Source: Geotalea uraniireducens Rf4 (GTDB lineage: Bacteria; Desulfobacterota; Desulfuromonadia; Geobacterales; Geobacteraceae). Taken from it: DNA of 32,000 bases. Numbering within the stretch: position 1 is the stretch's first letter; each line of letters starts with the position of its first letter. Below the pieces are notes generated by a model, which did no database searches, was not told the origin of the DNA, and saw nothing but the letters and a program-made list of their open reading frames with translations. Below are positions 8,679 through 17,214 of this stretch, piece by piece. The stretch covers positions 690,001 to 722,000 of the forward strand of contig NC_009483.1 in NCBI RefSeq assembly GCF_000016745.1, given 5' to 3'. The position numbers and the translations under genes are program-made.

Positions 8679-11600
8679 TCACGACGCCCGATTTTCGTCC
8701 CGTTTGGCCTTCTTTTCGCTGAAATGGGCGAGGAGGGGATCGTAGACCATCCGCGACAGCGCCATAAACTCCCCATCAAGCGGCTCCTCGTTTCCGAAGC
8801 AGCGCTGGTAGTAAGGGTCCTCCTTCTCCCCCGGGTAATCCTCGGAGCCGTGCCACTTCTTGCGCGCATCGCCAAGCGCCTTGGCTGCCTTTTTCGGGTC
8901 GTTCGCCTTCCTGGCGTATTCCAGGGCCGATTTCGGAAAAAACGGGAGCGGGGCGCTCATCCCCCGGCGGTAGATGGTGAGGAGCTGCTCAAGCAGCGCT
9001 AGGCTGTCGGAAACCGGGGCAATGGCTACGGTCACGTCGCTGGCGAGGAGGCTTGCGGTGCGGGGATAGCCGGTCGGTGCGGCGCTGGTGAGGCAGATGT
9101 GCTCGATCCAGATGCGGAGGCGGTCTTTCGCCTTGAGCTTGGCGTAGCGGTAGTGCACGAGCCCTTCAGGCCAGATGCGCTCGATCCGGCCGACGAGGCG
9201 CGACTCCTTGAATTCCAGATCGATTTCCAGCGGTGGAAGCGGCGCTCCGACGGTAGCGGCGGCTACCTGTTCGGCGAAATCCGAGGCTGCCGAGGCCAGG
9301 GTGTCGTAGGTTATGGTGCCGCACTCGCCCGGCGGCAGCTCCCCCCGGCTGCGTGCCACGGCCCGGTGGTTGTCGAGGCTCTCGCCCGCGAGGAGGGCGG
9401 CCACGATCTCCTGTCCCAGCATGTATTTTCCCAGGTGGTCGAGGGAGAACGGTTCGCTCTCTGCAAAGCTTTCGTCCCGCTGCTCCAGGTAAATCCCCAG
9501 TCGTCGGCGCAGGAAGTGTTTGCACGGGTTGGCGAAGAACTCTGCCAGGTCGTAGAGCGTGACCAGCGTTTCTTCCGCTGGGGGGAGAGGACGGCTGAGA
9601 AAGGTTGCGGGCACGGCGGGAGGGGCGATGGCGGCGAGGACCCCGTGGAGGTTTTCCCTGCTGTAGCTGAAGAGCCTTCCATCATTCGGGCGGAAATAAT
9701 CGCGGCTGAAGGGTTGCAGCGGATGCCTGACGCTTATCCCCCTGACCGCGGCAGTTTCGTCCGCCTCTTCGCCTGCCCTGGTGAACCCCTTGGCTATATA
9801 GTCGAGCAGTTCGCTGACGAGCACCGAGGGGGGGAGTTCGCTGTTGTCCTTGATGCTTTGCCCGACGTAGCTGATGGAAAAGCGTTCGCGGGCGGAGAGG
9901 AGTGCCTCCAGGAACAAGTAGCGGTCTTCGTCACGCTGGGAGCGGTCGCCTCGGCGGGGTGAAGCGGCGATCAGGTCAAAGCCGTGGGGGCGGTTGCGGC
10001 GCGGGAAGACCCCGTCGTTCATCCCCAGGAGCGCGATGACCCGGAACGGGATGCTGCGCATGGGAAGCATGGCGCAGAAGGTGACGCCGCCGGTGAGGAA
10101 GCCGAAGCCGCGCTGTTCACTGCCGAGCTTCTCCCCGAGCCAGGCGCGGACAATCTCGATGCCGACGTCGCCGCCAAAGTTCGCATGGGCCCGGCATTCG
10201 TCCAACCGCTCAATCACCTTCAAGAGGGTTGCCACGTCACGTTCGTCGTCACCGTCCGCCTTGATGAAGGTTCCCAGGAGCGAGCGGAGCACCGCCGTCC
10301 ATTCTTCAATCTGCCGGGGGCGGGCCAGGGCTTGCACCCGGCTGAACAGGGTCTCGCAGAATTCCAGGAAGCGACCGAGCAGCAGGGCATCGCTTCCTTC
10401 CAGGTGATCGTAAGGGAGGATTTCGCCGAAGAAATGACGGTCCTCGCCGGCCATGGCGTAGCCGAGGATGAGCCGGTCGAGTCCGGCCTGCCAGGAGTTC
10501 TCGCTGAACGCGGGGACACCGTGTCCTGTCCGCTCCATTGCGTCGATCCCCCAGCGGATGTTGGTGGCGGTCAGCCACTGGTGGACGGTTTCCAGGTCCT
10601 TGTCCGTCAGGCCGAAACGACGGCAGACCGGCGCCGCTTCCAGGATGTCGAGCACCTCGGTGATGGCGAAGCGGCTGCCGCAGAGCTGGAGGATGGCGAG
10701 GAGGACCTCCGCGGTTTCTCCTTCCCTGCGCAGGCTCCGGTCGGCGATGGAGTAGGGTATGCGCTGTTCCGGCTGCTCCGGCGTGCCGAACACTGCCGAA
10801 ATATAGGGGGCGTAAGCTTCGATGTCCGGGGTCATGACGAGGATATCGCGGGGCGACAGGGTCGGATCGTTGTCGAAGAGGGAGAGGATCTGGTCGTAGA
10901 GCACCTCGATCTCCCGCATGGCACTGTGGCAGGAGTGGATGCGCAGCGTGTCGTCCGTGGCCTCTATCACCTCCCTGTCGCCTGCGGCGCCCCGGTCGCG
11001 CAGGTCGAGGATGTTGGCCTGGATGGCATGGAGCAGACCGCTTCCCCGGATTTCCGTGAATGTGTCGCTGAACTCGGCATCGCCGCAGTCACCGATGAGC
11101 GAGTCGAAGAAGTCCCTGCCGATCCTGCCCATGGAGGCAAGGAGCGGGTTGCCCGTCTCGAAATAACCGTGCAGTGGATCCTCGTCCAATCCCCTTCGCT
11201 CAAGCCTTGCCAGTTCCCGCTCGGAGACGATCTTTCCCCAGTATTCCCGGCACGGGTTGAGGAGGAATAGGTTGATCTCGGTCTGCCGGGCGATGCCGGA
11301 CAGCACTTCCATGTGGAAGGGGGGGAGGGTGGGGATGCCGATCAGCGAAATCCGCCGGGGGAGTTCGGCGGCTGCGGTGTCCGGCCGGTTGATTCTCCGG
11401 CGGAATTCCGCAAGGAGGGCGGCGCGGTGTCTGTCCGTGGCGTTGCGCACCAGCTCCCGCCAGAGGAGCCCCTGCCAGCCCCCCTCGGCTCCCTCTTCCC
11501 AGGAGAGGAGCAGTTCCGGCCGGTAGATCGTGTACTGGTCGAAGGTGTCGGCAATCTTTTCCGCAAGTTGCAGCCGTTTGAGGCCGTCGCCGTCGTCGGC

Positions 11601-11954
11601 GAGGTAGCCTGCGAGCGGCTCGAAACCGGGGCCGCCAAGGCATGACGGCAACAGCTCCATGAGCCGCCAGGTGAGCACATCCGGATGGAAAGACGAGACT
11701 TGCGGCGTCTCGGCGAGATCGGGGATGACGGCGCGGAACAGGGTTTCGACAACGGCATTGGGGAAGGGGAATTCGCCGTTGGCCCAGACACCGAAGCGCC
11801 TTGCCAGCTCCATGGCCAGCCAGCGCTGCATCCCCTTGCTCTGGACGACGATGGTCTCAGGCGTAAAGGGGGAAGGAAGCGGTTTTTCCACCACCCCGGC
11901 AAGTTGGTCGACGAGCGTCTCCATCCGGTTGCTGGTATAGATTTTGAGCGGCAT
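8679..11954 (-). CDS. recC: Exodeoxyribonuclease V gamma subunit RecC
   Basis: 1091 aa. N-terminus 'PLKIYTSNRMETLVDQLA' is typical of RecC. Position is upstream of recB and recD. SD 'gaggt' lies 7 nt before the ATG. Confidence 0.9.
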   Translation of the reverse strand: MPLKIYTSNRMETLVDQLAGVVEKPLPSPFTPETIVVQSKGMQRWLAMELARRFGVWANGEFPFPNAVVETLFRAVIPDLAETPQVSSFHPDVLTWRLMELLPSCLGGPGFEPLAGYLADDGDGLKRLQLAEKIADTFDQYTIYRPELLLSWEEGAEGGWQGLLWRELVRNATDRHRAALLAEFRRRINRPDTAAAELPRRISLIGIPTLPPFHMEVLSGIARQTEINLFLLNPCREYWGKIVSERELARLERRGLDEDPLHGYFETGNPLLASMGRIGRDFFDSLIGDCGDAEFSDTFTEIRGSGLLHAIQANILDLRDRGAAGDREVIEATDDTLRIHSCHSAMREIEVLYDQILSLFDNDPTLSPRDILVMTPDIEAYAPYISAVFGTPEQPEQRIPYSIADRSLRREGETAEVLLAILQLCGSRFAITEVLDILEAAPVCRRFGLTDKDLETVHQWLTATNIRWGIDAMERTGHGVPAFSENSWQAGLDRLILGYAMAGEDRHFFGEILPYDHLEGSDALLLGRFLEFCETLFSRVQALARPRQIEEWTAVLRSLLGTFIKADGDDERDVATLLKVIERLDECRAHANFGGDVGIEIVRAWLGEKLGSEQRGFGFLTGGVTFCAMLPMRSIPFRVIALLGMNDGVFPRRNRPHGFDLIAASPRRGDRSQRDEDRYLFLEALLSARERFSISYVGQSIKDNSELPPSVLVSELLDYIAKGFTRAGEEADETAAVRGISVRHPLQPFSRDYFRPNDGRLFSYSRENLHGVLAAIAPPAVPATFLSRPLPPAEETLVTLYDLAEFFANPCKHFLRRRLGIYLEQRDESFAESEPFSLDHLGKYMLGQEIVAALLAGESLDNHRAVARSRGELPPGECGTITYDTLASAASDFAEQVAAATVGAPLPPLEIDLEFKESRLVGRIERIWPEGLVHYRYAKLKAKDRLRIWIEHICLTSAAPTGYPRTASLLASDVTVAIAPVSDSLALLEQLLTIYRRGMSAPLPFFPKSALEYARKANDPKKAAKALGDARKKWHGSEDYPGEKEDPYYQRCFGNEEPLDGEFMALSRMVYDPLLAHFSEKKAKRDENRAS

Positions 11955-11988
11955 GGTCGAACCTCGGGACGGATTTGGCGCCGGATGC

Positions 11989-13101
11989 CTATTTTGCGGC
12001 TGTTTTTACTTTTTCCAGAAATGCCCGGACCATCGGCGTAAAGGTTTCGTGCTCAAGGAGGAAGGCGTCGTGGCCGTAGGCGGAGGTGATCAGGTGGTAT
12101 TCTACCGGCTTGCCCAGCTTTTCCAGGGTGGTCACCATTTCCTCGGTCTGGGCGGGGGGGTAGAGCCAGTCCGAAGAAAAGGCGAAGAACTGGATGGGGG
12201 CCGCGACTTGGGCAAAGGCCTCTTCCAGCGATTCATACCCCCAGGCCACGTCGTAGAGGTCGAGGGCCTTGGCCAGGTAGAGAAAGGAGTTGGCGTCGAA
12301 CCGGTCGACGAAGTTGTAGCCGTTGTAGGAGAGGTAGCGCTCAACCTCGAACCGGCCGAAGAAGTCGAACTGGCCGTCCCTGGCCGAGAAGCGGCGGCCG
12401 AACTTGGCGGTCATGGATTCGTCGGAGAGAAAGGTGATGTGGCCTATGCCGCGAGCCAGCGCCAGGCCGTCCTTGGGGTTCTTCCGGTACTCCCCTTTCT
12501 TCCAGGTCGGGTCGTTGAAGATGGCCCAGCGAGCCACGGCGTTGAGGCTGATGGCCTGGGCCGATGGGCGCGGCGTTGTGGCAAGGACGATGGCCGATGC
12601 GATCCGTTCGGGGAACTGGGTCGCCCATTCCAACGCCTGCATTCCGCCCATGCTCCCCCCCATGACGCTGAAGAGCCTGTCGATCCCCAGGTGGTCGATG
12701 AGGAGCTGTTGGGCCCGCACCATGTCGCGCACGGTGATGACCGGAAAGGAGAGGTTGTACTTCTTGCCGGTCTTCGGGTTGATGGAGGCCGGTCCGGTTG
12801 AGCCGAAGCAGGAGCCGATCACGTTGGCGCAGATGATGAAATAGCGGTCGGTGTCGAGGAGCTTTCCCGGCCCGACGATCTCGTTCCACCACCCCGGCTT
12901 CTGCTCGTTTTCGCTGTATCTCCCCGCCAGGTGGGCGTTGCCGGTCCAGGCGTGGGCGACGAGGATGGCGTTGGAGCGCGCCGCGTTCAATTCGCCGTAG
13001 GTCTCATAGGCGAGCGTGATCGGGCCGAGGATTCGGCCGCTCTCCAGGCGGAGTTCGGTGTCGAAGGTGACGGATTTTTCTTCTACGATGCCGACGGTCA
13101 T
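11989..13101 (-). CDS. metX: Homoserine O-acetyltransferase MetX
   Basis: 370 aa. '[21 protein letters not shown]...[16 protein letters not shown]' and the nucleophile elbow '[12 protein letters not shown]' are present. It is preceded by an S-box riboswitch. Confidence 0.93.
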   Translation of the reverse strand: MTVGIVEEKSVTFDTELRLESGRILGPITLAYETYGELNAARSNAILVAHAWTGNAHLAGRYSENEQKPGWWNEIVGPGKLLDTDRYFIICANVIGSCFGSTGPASINPKTGKKYNLSFPVITVRDMVRAQQLLIDHLGIDRLFSVMGGSMGGMQALEWATQFPERIASAIVLATTPRPSAQAISLNAVARWAIFNDPTWKKGEYRKNPKDGLALARGIGHITFLSDESMTAKFGRRFSARDGQFDFFGRFEVERYLSYNGYNFVDRFDANSFLYLAKALDLYDVAWGYESLEEAFAQVAAPIQFFAFSSDWLYPPAQTEEMVTTLEKLGKPVEYHLITSAYGHDAFLLEHETFTPMVRAFLEKVKTAAK

Positions 13102-13126
13102 TGAAGCACCAGTTTAATGTTGGGGC

Positions 13127-13166
13127 AAATAAAAAGCCCCTTCTTGAGTGAATGAGAAGGGGCTTT
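13127..13166 (-). terminator. Intrinsic terminator forming the SAM riboswitch expression platform
   Basis: Minus strand reads AAAGCCCCTTCTCATTCACTCAAGAAGGGGCTTTTTATTT. The stem is GCCCCTTCT / AGAAGGGGC followed by a U-tract. Its 5' arm (CCCCUUCUCAU) is complementary to the 3' side of riboswitch P1 (AUGAGAGAGG), giving a classic antiterminator alternative. Confidence 0.8.
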
Positions 13167-13189
13167 GATATGATGCTATCGTTTTAAGC

Positions 13190-13297
13190 GCCTCTCTCAT
13201 CTTTGCCATTCGGCAGGATTTAGCACCTGGCGCTCGTTGCCGAACCGGTTGCTGTGGTTTCACAGGGCCTTTCCCTCCACCACTCTTGATAAGCAGG
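13190..13297 (-). promoter_or_regulatory. SAM-I (S-box) riboswitch
   Basis: Minus strand reads CTTATCAAGAGTGGTGGAGGGAAAGGCCCTGTGAAACCACAGCAACCGGTTCGGCAACGAGCGCCAGGTGCTAAATCCTGCCGAATGGCAAAGATGAGAG. It carries the conserved S-box blocks: CUUAUCAAGAG, GGUGGAGGGA, GGCCC, UGAAACC, GCAACC, GGUGCUAA.UCCUGC, and P1 closure GAUGAG. Confidence 0.9.
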
Positions 13298-13320
13298 TCT
13301 GCATATTCAATTTTTTTGCA

Positions 13321-13349
13321 AGGATACGGGAGAGGTCGGTTTTTGTCAA
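13321..13349 (-). promoter_or_regulatory. Putative sigma70 promoter for the riboswitch-metX transcript
   Basis: Minus strand reads TTGACA (13349-13344), a 17-nt spacer, then TATCCT (13326-13321), about 25 nt upstream of the riboswitch P1. Confidence 0.4.
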
Positions 13350-13393
13350 CGGAAAATAGTGGAAGTGTCTTAAATCCTGAAGTGTCTAAATCC

Positions 13394-13422
13394 TTGACTT
13401 GATGCGCCGTCAGGCGTATTTT
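13394..13422 (+). promoter_or_regulatory. Putative sigma70 promoter for the MNT-HEPN operon
   Basis: TTGACT (13394-13399), a 17-nt spacer, then TATTTT (13417-13422). It is immediately preceded by two tandem copies of 'gaagtgtct(t)aaatcct' at 13362-13394. Confidence 0.45.
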
Positions 13423-13492
13423 AGGGCACATTAATGGCGCTTTTTCCGTTTAGTTTGCACGCCACATCACCAACAGAGGATTCACCAAACAG

Positions 13493-13804
13493 ATGATCCA
13501 TGCCGACAAGGAAAAATTGAAACGTGAGCTGGTCGCTGCCCTGGCGGTGGACGAAAACGTGGAAAAGATCGTCATCTTCGGATCCTTCACGAGATCCGCC
13601 ACCCCCCATGATATGGATGTAGCCGTATTCTGCGATTCCAAGGACGACTACCTCACGCTGGCCCTGGCGTTACGGAGAAAGCTGCGCAGCCTCTCCAATG
13701 TCATCCCCATCGACCTGCTGCCCGTAACCGTGCCGTATGATCCAGCATCGGTATTTCTTCAGGAAATCAACAAGGGTGAAGTGGTTTATGAAAAAAGACA
13801 CTGA
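13493..13804 (+). CDS. Minimal nucleotidyltransferase (MNT-type antitoxin-like partner of HEPN)
   Basis: 103 aa. NTase signature 'IVIFGSFTRSATPHDMDVAVF' contains the GS motif and DxD. It overlaps the downstream HEPN gene. Confidence 0.8.
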   Translation: MIHADKEKLKRELVAALAVDENVEKIVIFGSFTRSATPHDMDVAVFCDSKDDYLTLALALRRKLRSLSNVIPIDLLPVTVPYDPASVFLQEINKGEVVYEKRH

Positions 13805-14174
13805 ACTATGGCTTCAATACGCCGACGAAAACCTGAAATCGGCAGAGGTCCTTCTGGAGAGCGACCTTTACAACTCTTCCCTGCAAAATGCCCAGCAATC
13901 TGTTGAGAAATACCTCAAGGCCGTGCTCATCGAAAAGGCGGCCGGCCTGACCAGAACCCACAGCATCAGGGAACTTGCAGGACTTCTCGCCGGTCTCGGC
14001 GTTCATCTCTCCATGACCGATGACGATATCGATCTTCTTGATTCAATCTATCTTCCCTCTAAATATCCCGCGTTCAGCGTATTGCCGAGATTCATGCCTG
14101 ATCAAAGCGTCTGCCGGCAATGCCTGGGGATTGCCGAAGAGGTGCGTCTGGATATTTTGAGGGTTATTACCTGA
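13788..14174 (+). CDS. HEPN domain protein (toxin-like partner of MNT)
   Basis: Start chosen at the in-frame ATG at 13788 (MKKDTELWLQYADENLKSAE...), which overlaps the MNT stop. Features include 'SLQNAQQSVEKYLKAVLIEKAAGLTRTHSIRELAGLL' and the 'PSKYP' tail typical of PF05168-type HEPN. Confidence 0.8.
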   Translation: MKKDTELWLQYADENLKSAEVLLESDLYNSSLQNAQQSVEKYLKAVLIEKAAGLTRTHSIRELAGLLAGLGVHLSMTDDDIDLLDSIYLPSKYPAFSVLPRFMPDQSVCRQCLGIAEEVRLDILRVIT

Positions 14175-14344
14175 CCTGAACTTTTCCCGGTATTGTGGGC
14201 AGTCCGAAAAGTTGCTACAACAGCAGACGGAGGACAGTCATGGTATCGAGTATTCCAATCGAAAGTGGCCCCGCGTCCTATTCCAAAATAGATTCGTCCA
14301 TAATTGTCGAAGGAAATGCTTTTGATGTTATTACTTCGCATTAT

Positions 14345-14515
14345 TCAAAGCTGCTTGCGGTACTTTACCAGCAGGTAGAAACAGAAGATGCCGCCGGAAA
14401 GCATGGAGATCTCTACCAGCCAGGAAATCGGCTTCCCCACGCCGGAGAACCAAAGGGGATAGAGGAACGCTGCGTTGAGCAGGGTTACGACAAAAAAGTT
14501 GAGCAGCGTTTTCAT
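14345..14515 (-). CDS. Small hydrophobic membrane protein (56 aa, hypothetical)
   Basis: Not in the ORF track because it is under 60 aa. Translation: MKTLLNFFVVTLLNAAFLYPLWFSGVGKPISWLVEISMLSGGIFCFYLLVKYRKQL, with two hydrophobic helices. Its ATG overlaps the TGA of the upstream dehydrogenase (ATGA at 14512-14515). Confidence 0.45.
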   Translation of the reverse strand: MKTLLNFFVVTLLNAAFLYPLWFSGVGKPISWLVEISMLSGGIFCFYLLVKYRKQL

Positions 14516-15375
14516 TTCTCGATTGCTTTGAAAAGTGCCGAGAAGTCTTCATCGCCAAATCCCAGCGCTTTGGCCCGCTTGAACGCCTCGTTGGCAGCGG
14601 CTGCTGTGAAAAGCGGCTGGCCGAGCCAGTCGCCGAGGCCGACGGCCAGTCGCAGGTCCTTCTGCATGTGTTTGAGGGGGAAGGCGGTGGTGAAATTCCC
14701 TGCGGCAATCAGCCCTCCCTTCAGTTTGAACATGGGGTTGGCCACGGCCCCGGCATCCATGACGTCGAGCATGTCCGTTACCTCAAGGCCCGCTTTGGCA
14801 CCCAGGGCAAGCCCCTCGCAGAAAATGGACATCATCCCCCCCATGACCATGTTGACTACGAGCTTCATCTCCGCACCCTTGCCCACCTCGCCCAGGAAGA
14901 GGACCTTCTTCCCCATCCGCTCGAAGGCGGGCATGGCTTCGTTATAGAGGCTTTTATCCCCGGCGGTGAGGATGATGAGTGTCCCGTCTTCGGCCGGTTT
15001 CCTGCTCCCCGATACCGGCGCTTCGAGGAAGCGCCCCCCTTTGTCGGTGACGGCCGCGCCGATCTTTTGCGCGGTAGTCGCATCCACCGTGGACATGTCC
15101 ACGTAGCCTTTTCCGGCGCCGATGCCCTCCAGCACGCCGTCGGTTCCGAAACAGACCGCTTCGTCAGCGGCCGGATCGGAGAGCATGGCGAAGGTGATGC
15201 CGCAGGATTCGACTACCTGTCGCGGGGTTGCCGCGCTCCTGGCTCCCAGCGCCGCCAGTTCCTCGCACTTTTCCGGCGACCGGTTCCAGACGGTGACGTC
15301 AAAGCCAGCCTTGAGCAGGTTTTTCGCCATGGCGCTCCCCATGATGCCGAGCCCGAGAAAACCGAATTTGTTCAT
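14512..15375 (-). CDS. NAD(P)-dependent beta-hydroxyacid dehydrogenase (3-hydroxyisobutyrate / glyoxylate-succinic semialdehyde reductase family)
   Basis: 287 aa. N-terminal Rossmann motif 'FGFLGLGIMGSAMAKNL'. The 'TVWNRS' and '...MLSDP...VDMSTV...' layout is typical of this family. Confidence 0.88.
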   Translation of the reverse strand: MNKFGFLGLGIMGSAMAKNLLKAGFDVTVWNRSPEKCEELAALGARSAATPRQVVESCGITFAMLSDPAADEAVCFGTDGVLEGIGAGKGYVDMSTVDATTAQKIGAAVTDKGGRFLEAPVSGSRKPAEDGTLIILTAGDKSLYNEAMPAFERMGKKVLFLGEVGKGAEMKLVVNMVMGGMMSIFCEGLALGAKAGLEVTDMLDVMDAGAVANPMFKLKGGLIAAGNFTTAFPLKHMQKDLRLAVGLGDWLGQPLFTAAAANEAFKRAKALGFGDEDFSALFKAIEK

Positions 15376-15408
15376 GATGACCTCCTTGATGATTAATTTG
15401 ACCGGACC

Positions 15409-16170
15409 TCAATCCCCGCGTGGCATCTCCCATGAAGCGGTACTGAATGAAAACGATGCATCATCCTTACGTATCCAGATCGCTTCTTTGGCTGATATGG
15501 TAAGCACCCATGTCTGCATTGCGGCATCCGGTTTTTTGGCTGCGAATGCCTGTGGGGTTAAAATGGCGATGCAGCAGTGTTGTTCCGGGTCTCGCACCGA
15601 TTGATAAAGAATTGCGCCGAGGGCAGAGTCCCTCGCAATTCGCCCGAAAGCCTGTGTCGCTGAATAATCGGTCGGATGCCGCCATTTTGACGCATCACAT
15701 TCGAATGGCGGTATGCGTAAATCTACGCAGCTGGTTTTAATCGGCGCCCTGAAAGCCGTAAAGGGGCATGGCTGAAGACGGTCGAGACCTGAAGTGTCCT
15801 GCAGAAAACGCCATCTCCAATAGCCAACTTCGGCGGCGGCTGTGCGGACTGTCTCGGCGGCGTAGAACACACCGGGGTCGGTTACTGCCCGGAATCGTGA
15901 ACCGGAAGGATGGCGAGTTTCATAGCGGAAGGGACTAAAGAGCAGATAGTGCAGGCCGGCAGCCTCTTTCGGTACCGGCGGCTTGCGTTCCTCCAGAATA
16001 TCCTCCAATAGTTCCTGCTCTGCGCGTGTATCCACAAGTTTGGCTGTGGAAACCACATGCTGGGCTTCCACCATGCGCCAAACTTTGCAGGAGAGAGCTC
16101 TTGCCTCAGACGACACCGCGGCAGGCGTCCAGGTAGGTGACGACACGTACGAGCCCCTCCGTGGTTTCAA
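15409..16170 (-). CDS. RES domain toxin (NAD+-targeting family); start codon ambiguous
   Basis: Segments 'VWRMVEAQHVVST.KLVD', 'FSPFRYETRHPSGSRFR' and 'VFYAAETVRTAAAEVGYW' resemble RES-domain proteins paired with DUF2384 antitoxins. The listed start at 16170 is TTG and overlaps the antitoxin by 65 nt. Alternatives are GTG at 16146 and ATG at 16074. Confidence 0.78.
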   Translation of the reverse strand: MKPRRGSYVSSPTWTPAAVSSEARALSCKVWRMVEAQHVVSTAKLVDTRAEQELLEDILEERKPPVPKEAAGLHYLLFSPFRYETRHPSGSRFRAVTDPGVFYAAETVRTAAAEVGYWRWRFLQDTSGLDRLQPCPFTAFRAPIKTSCVDLRIPPFECDASKWRHPTDYSATQAFGRIARDSALGAILYQSVRDPEQHCCIAILTPQAFAAKKPDAAMQTWVLTISAKEAIWIRKDDASFSFSTASWEMPRGD

Positions 16171-16489
16171 TCAGGTCAACCGGCTTTTTACCTGCAAGCG
16201 CTCTGTTTTCGCTGCCAAGCCATTTTTTTGCATCGTCTGACGCTCCACCAACTATGGAGTCGAGAGACCGGAATAATCTGACCAGAAGAACGGCAAAGTC
16301 CCATTCTTTTTTTGCTGGTGAGAGTCTGTAGGTATCAGCATAAAGCCGCGTGACAGTGGCAGCGCTTACGCCGAGAATATGAGCAAGTTTGACCTTGGAC
16401 AAATCGAGATAGGCAGCCGTATTTACAACCGCCTTCGTCAATACCCGGGGCTTGTTCAGTGTCTGTTGTGCCGTTGCAGTGAGTGGCAT
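16106..16489 (-). CDS. Xre/ParS/MbcA-like antitoxin (HTH plus DUF2384-type toxin-binding domain)
   Basis: 127 aa. N-terminal HTH-like 'LSKVKLAHILGVSAATVTRL'. C-terminal 'AKKWLGSENRALAGKKPVDLIETTEGLVRVVTYLDA' is typical of DUF2384. It lies directly upstream of the RES gene. Confidence 0.75.
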   Translation of the reverse strand: MPLTATAQQTLNKPRVLTKAVVNTAAYLDLSKVKLAHILGVSAATVTRLYADTYRLSPAKKEWDFAVLLVRLFRSLDSIVGGASDDAKKWLGSENRALAGKKPVDLIETTEGLVRVVTYLDACRGVV

Positions 16490-16785
16490 CGTTAATCTCC
16501 TCCCTCAACAGTCAATGCTTTCTACAGAAAATATATCACAAATAATTTTCCATGGAAACAATGTATTGTTTTACCTTGACTCATCGAGTAACGCAACGGT
16601 TTGAAATATGGCTATTTGCAGATGGTCAGACTCTGGCAGGAAATGGAGAAGCGGCTACCATTATGTCAGGTGAATTCCTCGGTATGCCGACGTAAAGACG
16701 ATAGAGAAAAGCAGGAAGGCAAAGGGTAAAGGCAAGAGATATAGGCAACGTACAACGCGCCAACCACAATACATGGGTCGATTAC

Positions 16786-17127
16786 TCAATCGCAGTGCTT
16801 GGTAGCGTTGGTGGTTATTTTAAGAATACTTTCCTGGATCTCTTTGTTGGGAATTGCCCGGTAGGAGTCGATGAGCAGTTTTTCCGCGACGGCCAGCGGC
16901 AAAGAATCATTAGTGTCAGTAAATAATGATTGAATCGGAATACTAAGCGCTTGTGCCACCTGCTGCAACCGGTCGGTGTTCATCTTGTTCGTGCCGCATT
17001 CATATTTCTGTATCTGCTGAGTACTCACGCCAATCTGCTCCGCGAGACGCTCCTGCGTCCACCCCGCCTGTTGACGAAGCTGACGTAGCCTGTGTCCTAT
17101 TTCCCTGCTGTTGAGTATTGGTCCCAT
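16786..17127 (-). CDS. XRE-family helix-turn-helix transcriptional regulator (controller-like)
   Basis: Start set at ATG 17127 (MGPILNSREIGHRLRQLRQQAGWTQERLAEQIGVSTQQIQKYECGTNKM...). The listed upstream extension to 17202 runs through the promoter palindrome. The gene is divergent from the SNF2 operon. Confidence 0.8.
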   Translation of the reverse strand: MGPILNSREIGHRLRQLRQQAGWTQERLAEQIGVSTQQIQKYECGTNKMNTDRLQQVAQALSIPIQSLFTDTNDSLPLAVAEKLLIDSYRAIPNKEIQESILKITTNATKHCD

Positions 17128-17187
17128 GTCACGCTCCGGTTTTTTATAGATTACAAGTAACCGGAAGCAACAAACACCATCCAAAAG

Positions 17188-17214
17188 TTGATTGATAATC
17201 AACCCTTGATTGAT
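17188..17214. promoter_or_regulatory. Palindromic / direct-repeat candidate operator in the divergent XRE-SNF2 promoter region
   Basis: 'TTGATTgatAATCAA' (17188-17202) is a perfect 6-3-6 palindrome. 'TTGATTGAT' recurs at 17206-17214. Both lie within the 114-bp spacer between divergent start codons. Confidence 0.4.

Noticed and set aside
9984-11270. 428-aa + strand ORF, plus several other 90-290-aa ORFs, inside recC
   Set aside because: They are antisense to a full-length RecC with a conserved N-terminus. Their composition (E/G/A/V/R-rich) is typical of the reverse frame of a high-GC gene.
11944-12892. 285-aa + ORF and 183-aa minus-strand ORF overlapping metX
   Set aside because: MetX identity in the other frame is unambiguous. 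These are shadow ORFs.
13114-13431. 105-aa minus-strand ORF upstream of metX
   Set aside because: It spans the SAM-I riboswitch, its terminator and the promoter. The RNA element explains this sequence.
14175-14215. Weak hairpin 'aacttttc...gaaaagtt' between the convergent HEPN and mini-ORF genes, considered as a terminator
   Set aside because: It has only an 8-bp AT-rich stem, a ~20-nt loop and no U-tract on either strand. That is insufficient to call.
14195-15396. 250-aa and 242-aa + strand ORFs across the dehydrogenase locus
   Set aside because: They are antisense to a dehydrogenase with a clear Rossmann motif and have low-complexity S/P/A-rich sequence.
17128-17202. Longer 138-aa version of the XRE regulator starting at 17202
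   Set aside because: The extension (MIINQLLDGVCCFRLLVIYKKPERD) is not HTH-family-like and runs through the promoter palindrome. The ATG at 17127 gives a standard XRE N-terminus.
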